Assembly (NCBI GenBank): GCA_041577935.1
Contig: JBFGIA010000001.1
Location: 1-58,725, forward strand
Direction of reading: 5' to 3'
Length of the DNA: 58,725 bases
Origin: Gemmatimonadota bacterium
GTDB taxonomy: Bacteria > Gemmatimonadota > Gemmatimonadetes > JACCXV01 > JAHWKZ01
Below, piece by piece: positions 55,827 to 58,725 of the stretch (position 1 is its first letter; every line of letters begins with the position of its first letter). The translations under genes and the position numbers were made by a program. Below the pieces are notes generated by a model that had not been told where the DNA came from, did not search any database, and saw nothing but the letters and a program-made list of their open reading frames with translations.

Positions 55827-58541
55827 GTGAACGACTCATTCGGAACCCGCAAGAGCCTCTCTGTTCGCGGTGACGAGTACTCGATCTGGAGCCTGCCGGC
55901 TTTGACCGAGCGGGGACTCGATATCTCACGCTTGCCATATGCGCTCAAGATCCTGCTCGAGAATCTGCTCCGCCACGAGGACGGGCATGCGATCGATAGC
56001 GGCGATATCGAAGCGCTGGCGAGTTGGGATGCTGCTGCTGAACCATCGCGCGAGATCATGTTCACCCCGGCTCGCGTACTGCTCCAGGACTTCACCGGTG
56101 TGCCTGCTTTGGTCGATCTCGGGGCGATGCGCGACGCGATGGCGGAGATGGGCGGCGATCCAGCAGCGATCAACCCACAGGTCCCAGCCGATCTCGTGAT
56201 CGACCACTCGGTCCACGTCGACTCCTACGGCCGAGAGGCAGCATTTCTCATCAATGCCGAGCGCGAGTACGAGCGTAACCATGAGCGTTACGCTTTTTTG
56301 CGTTGGGGGCAGACGGCTTTCAACGGGTTTCGCGTCGTACCGCCCGACACCGGCATCGTCCACCAGGTGAACCTCGAGTATCTCGGCCGGGTCGTCTTCG
56401 CTGGCGACATCGACGGTGAGCGGTGCGCGTACCCCGACACGCTGGTCGGTACCGATAGCCACACGACGATGATCAATGGGCTCGGGATCCTGGGCTGGGG
56501 CGTCGGCGGAATCGAGGCCGAGGCGGCGATGCTCGGTCAGCCGATCGCGATGCTGATCCCGCAGGTCGTCGGCTTCAAGCTCTACGGCACACTTCCCGAG
56601 GGGGCAACCGCGACCGATCTCGTACTGCGCGTCACCGAGATGCTTCGCGAGCGGGGCGTCGTCGCAAAGTTCGTCGAGTTCTACGGCCAGGGGATCGGCT
56701 CACTGTCGCTGGCCGACAGAGCGACGATCGGCAACATGTCTCCCGAGTACGGGGCGACGTGCGCGATTTTCCCGATCGACCAGGAGACGCTCGAGTACCT
56801 ACGGTTCACCGGTCGTGACGACGAGCAAGTGGCGCTGGTCGAAGCGTACGCCAAGGAGCAGGGTCTGTTTCACACCTCGGATGCGATCGAGGCCGAGTAC
56901 TCCGACAGGCTCGAGCTCGACCTCGCCACGGTCGAGCCGTCACTGGCCGGACCCAAACTGCCCCAACGACGGATCGCATTGTCAAGCGCCAAGAAGACGT
57001 TTGATCTAGACCTCACCGACCTGTTCGGTGTCAACGGCGGGAACGGCACCGGCGAGACCGCGTGTGTTTCGGTCACGAGTGAGGCTCCAGATCCCGATGC
57101 GGCGGCAGCCACGTTTGACCTCCATCATGGTTCGGTGGTGATCGCCGCCATCACGAGCTGCACGAACACCTCGAACCCATCGGTCATGATCGGTGCAGGA
57201 CTGCTGGCTCGGAACGCGGTCTCCCGGGGACTCACAAGCCGACCGTGGGTCAAGACGAGCCTCGCCCCAGGCTCGATGGTCGTCACCGAGTACTTGAAGG
57301 AAGCTGGCCTCATGGACGACCTCGAAGCCTTGGGGTTCCATCTCGTCGGCTACGGATGCACGACCTGCATCGGCAACAGTGGCCCGCTGGCCGAGCCGAT
57401 CAGCGACGCGATTCATGACCACGACCTGGTCGCGTGCTCGGTCCTGTCGGGCAACCGCAACTTCGAGGGCCGGATCAACCCGGACACGAGGGCCAGCTAT
57501 CTGGCCTCCCCGCCGCTCGTAGTCGCCTACGCACTCGCCGGTCGGATGGATCTCGACCTAACAGCTGAACCACTCGGACAAGACAGACAAGGCAGCGACG
57601 TATACCTGCGCGATATATGGCCCAGTCAACAAGAGATCACCGACACCGTTCGCGCGGCCGTCAAGACCGAACAGTTCCGCGCCAAGTACGCCCACGTGTT
57701 CGAGGGCGACGAACGGTGGCACGGGTTGAAGATCCCGGCGGGCGATCGGTTTGCCTGGACCAACGAGTCGACCTACATCCGCCGACCGACGTTTCTAAGC
57801 GACATACCGGCCGAGCCCACCCCACCTGGCGACATCGAGAACGCGCGAGCACTAGCCCTGCTCGGGGACTCGGTGACGACTGACCACATTTCGCCGGCGG
57901 GGTCGATCCCGATTGAGTCGCCAGCCGGTCAATGGTTAATCTCGCAGGGTGTCGAGCCGCGCGAGTTCAACTCCTACGGCTCTCGGCGCGGCAACCATGA
58001 GGTCATGATGCGGGGAACGTTCGCCAACATCCGGCTCCGCAATCGGCTCGCCCCGGGCACAGAAGGAGGCTGGACTCGTCACCAACCGAGCGGTGACGAG
58101 ATGACGATCTACGAGGCGGCGATTCGGTACGCGTCCGAGTGTGTTCCACTGATCGTGATCGCTGGCAAGGAGTACGGCTCCGGGTCGTCACGAGACTGGG
58201 CCGCCAAGGGGACACTGATGCTGGGCATCCGTGCGGTTATCGCCGACTCGTACGAACGGATCCACCGCAGCAACCTGATCGGAATGGGTGTGCTACCCCT
58301 TCAGTTCGTGGCCGGGGAGAACGCTGAAACGCTGGGTATCACGGGAAAGGAACTCTTCACCATCGCCGGCGTCGCGGATCTATCCCCAGGCAACGGGCTC
58401 GAGGTGATCGCGTTGTCAAATGGCGATCGCAAGGCGTTCGAGGCGATAGCTCGAATCGACACCCCGGTCGAGCTCGACTACTACCGACACGGTGGCATCT
58501 TGCCGTACGTACTGCGCGATCTCAAGGCGAGCGGAGCCTAA
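55827..58541 (+). CDS. acnA: aconitate hydratase A
   Basis: 904 aa. [14 protein letters not shown], cluster ligands [10 protein letters not shown] and [10 protein letters not shown], and C-terminal swivel domain SSRDWAAKG. Confidence 0.97.
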   Translation: MNDSFGTRKSLSVRGDEYSIWSLPALTERGLDISRLPYALKILLENLLRHEDGHAIDSGDIEALASWDAAAEPSREIMFTPARVLLQDFTGVPALVDLGAMRDAMAEMGGDPAAINPQVPADLVIDHSVHVDSYGREAAFLINAEREYERNHERYAFLRWGQTAFNGFRVVPPDTGIVHQVNLEYLGRVVFAGDIDGERCAYPDTLVGTDSHTTMINGLGILGWGVGGIEAEAAMLGQPIAMLIPQVVGFKLYGTLPEGATATDLVLRVTEMLRERGVVAKFVEFYGQGIGSLSLADRATIGNMSPEYGATCAIFPIDQETLEYLRFTGRDDEQVALVEAYAKEQGLFHTSDAIEAEYSDRLELDLATVEPSLAGPKLPQRRIALSSAKKTFDLDLTDLFGVNGGNGTGETACVSVTSEAPDPDAAAATFDLHHGSVVIAAITSCTNTSNPSVMIGAGLLARNAVSRGLTSRPWVKTSLAPGSMVVTEYLKEAGLMDDLEALGFHLVGYGCTTCIGNSGPLAEPISDAIHDHDLVACSVLSGNRNFEGRINPDTRASYLASPPLVVAYALAGRMDLDLTAEPLGQDRQGSDVYLRDIWPSQQEITDTVRAAVKTEQFRAKYAHVFEGDERWHGLKIPAGDRFAWTNESTYIRRPTFLSDIPAEPTPPGDIENARALALLGDSVTTDHISPAGSIPIESPAGQWLISQGVEPREFNSYGSRRGNHEVMMRGTFANIRLRNRLAPGTEGGWTRHQPSGDEMTIYEAAIRYASECVPLIVIAGKEYGSGSSRDWAAKGTLMLGIRAVIADSYERIHRSNLIGMGVLPLQFVAGENAETLGITGKELFTIAGVADLSPGNGLEVIALSNGDRKAFEAIARIDTPVELDYYRHGGILPYVLRDLKASGA

Positions 58542-58725
58542 CCACCGCGCCAGTGTTGATATCCCCGCACCAGAGGGGCAAACGCGATCGCGGTCACCGC
58601 CAGGATCTCCGCAGACTCTTCGATCGTCCACTTGTAGATCTCGACACGATCGTAAAAACGGGGCAGATCCAAGAAGCGCTTCGCAAACTCGGGACCGTGC
58701 TCGACCATCATCACGAACAACGCCC
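58538..58725 (-). CDS. hypothetical protein, C-terminal fragment (gene continues beyond the window)
   Basis: The open frame reaches the window edge. No family recognised. Confidence 0.25.
   Translation of the reverse strand, partial: ALFVMMVEHGPEFAKRFLDLPRFYDRVEIYKWTIEESAEILAVTAIAFAPLVRGYQHWRGG

Overview
High-GC (by eye), very gene-dense chromosomal segment with about 60 CDS. Many neighbouring genes have 1-8 nt start/stop overlaps. The source is probably a diderm bacterium, given the lipobox lipoproteins, a beta-barrel OMP and periplasmic DsbA/SCO/Spy-type proteins. I cannot assign a taxon from sequence alone. Content is mostly housekeeping: ggt, two ABC exporter half-transporters, an ECF sigma operon, ubiE, arginase, mutM, purD, a Cys/Met PLP enzyme, pepA, SPFH/NfeD, SCO1+CtaG, class II RNR nrdJ, nadE, metX, a serB-serC-serA operon, pgi and acnA. 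I saw no rRNA, tRNA, CRISPR array, transposase or integrase. The main finding is two thiol-peroxidase-type genes that each carry an in-frame TGA exactly at a redox-active Cys codon, followed by a hairpin. These are an AhpD/CMD-like gene (19536..20096) and a Bcp/PrxQ gene (32804..33271). I call both predicted selenoproteins; the ORF track splits or truncates them. Other points worth a second look: an erpA-nrdJ control region with a 10-11 bp phased TCCCCA repeat array, two NrdR-like boxes, a near-consensus promoter and a structured leader; a tandem pair of diverged small membrane-anchored paralogs next to a polytopic DUF4332-like membrane protein; a stand-alone GIY-YIG gene behind nrdJ; an intercistronic hairpin that sequesters an RBS; and a serB-like gene with no canonical start codon. 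I found no convincing defence or mobile system.
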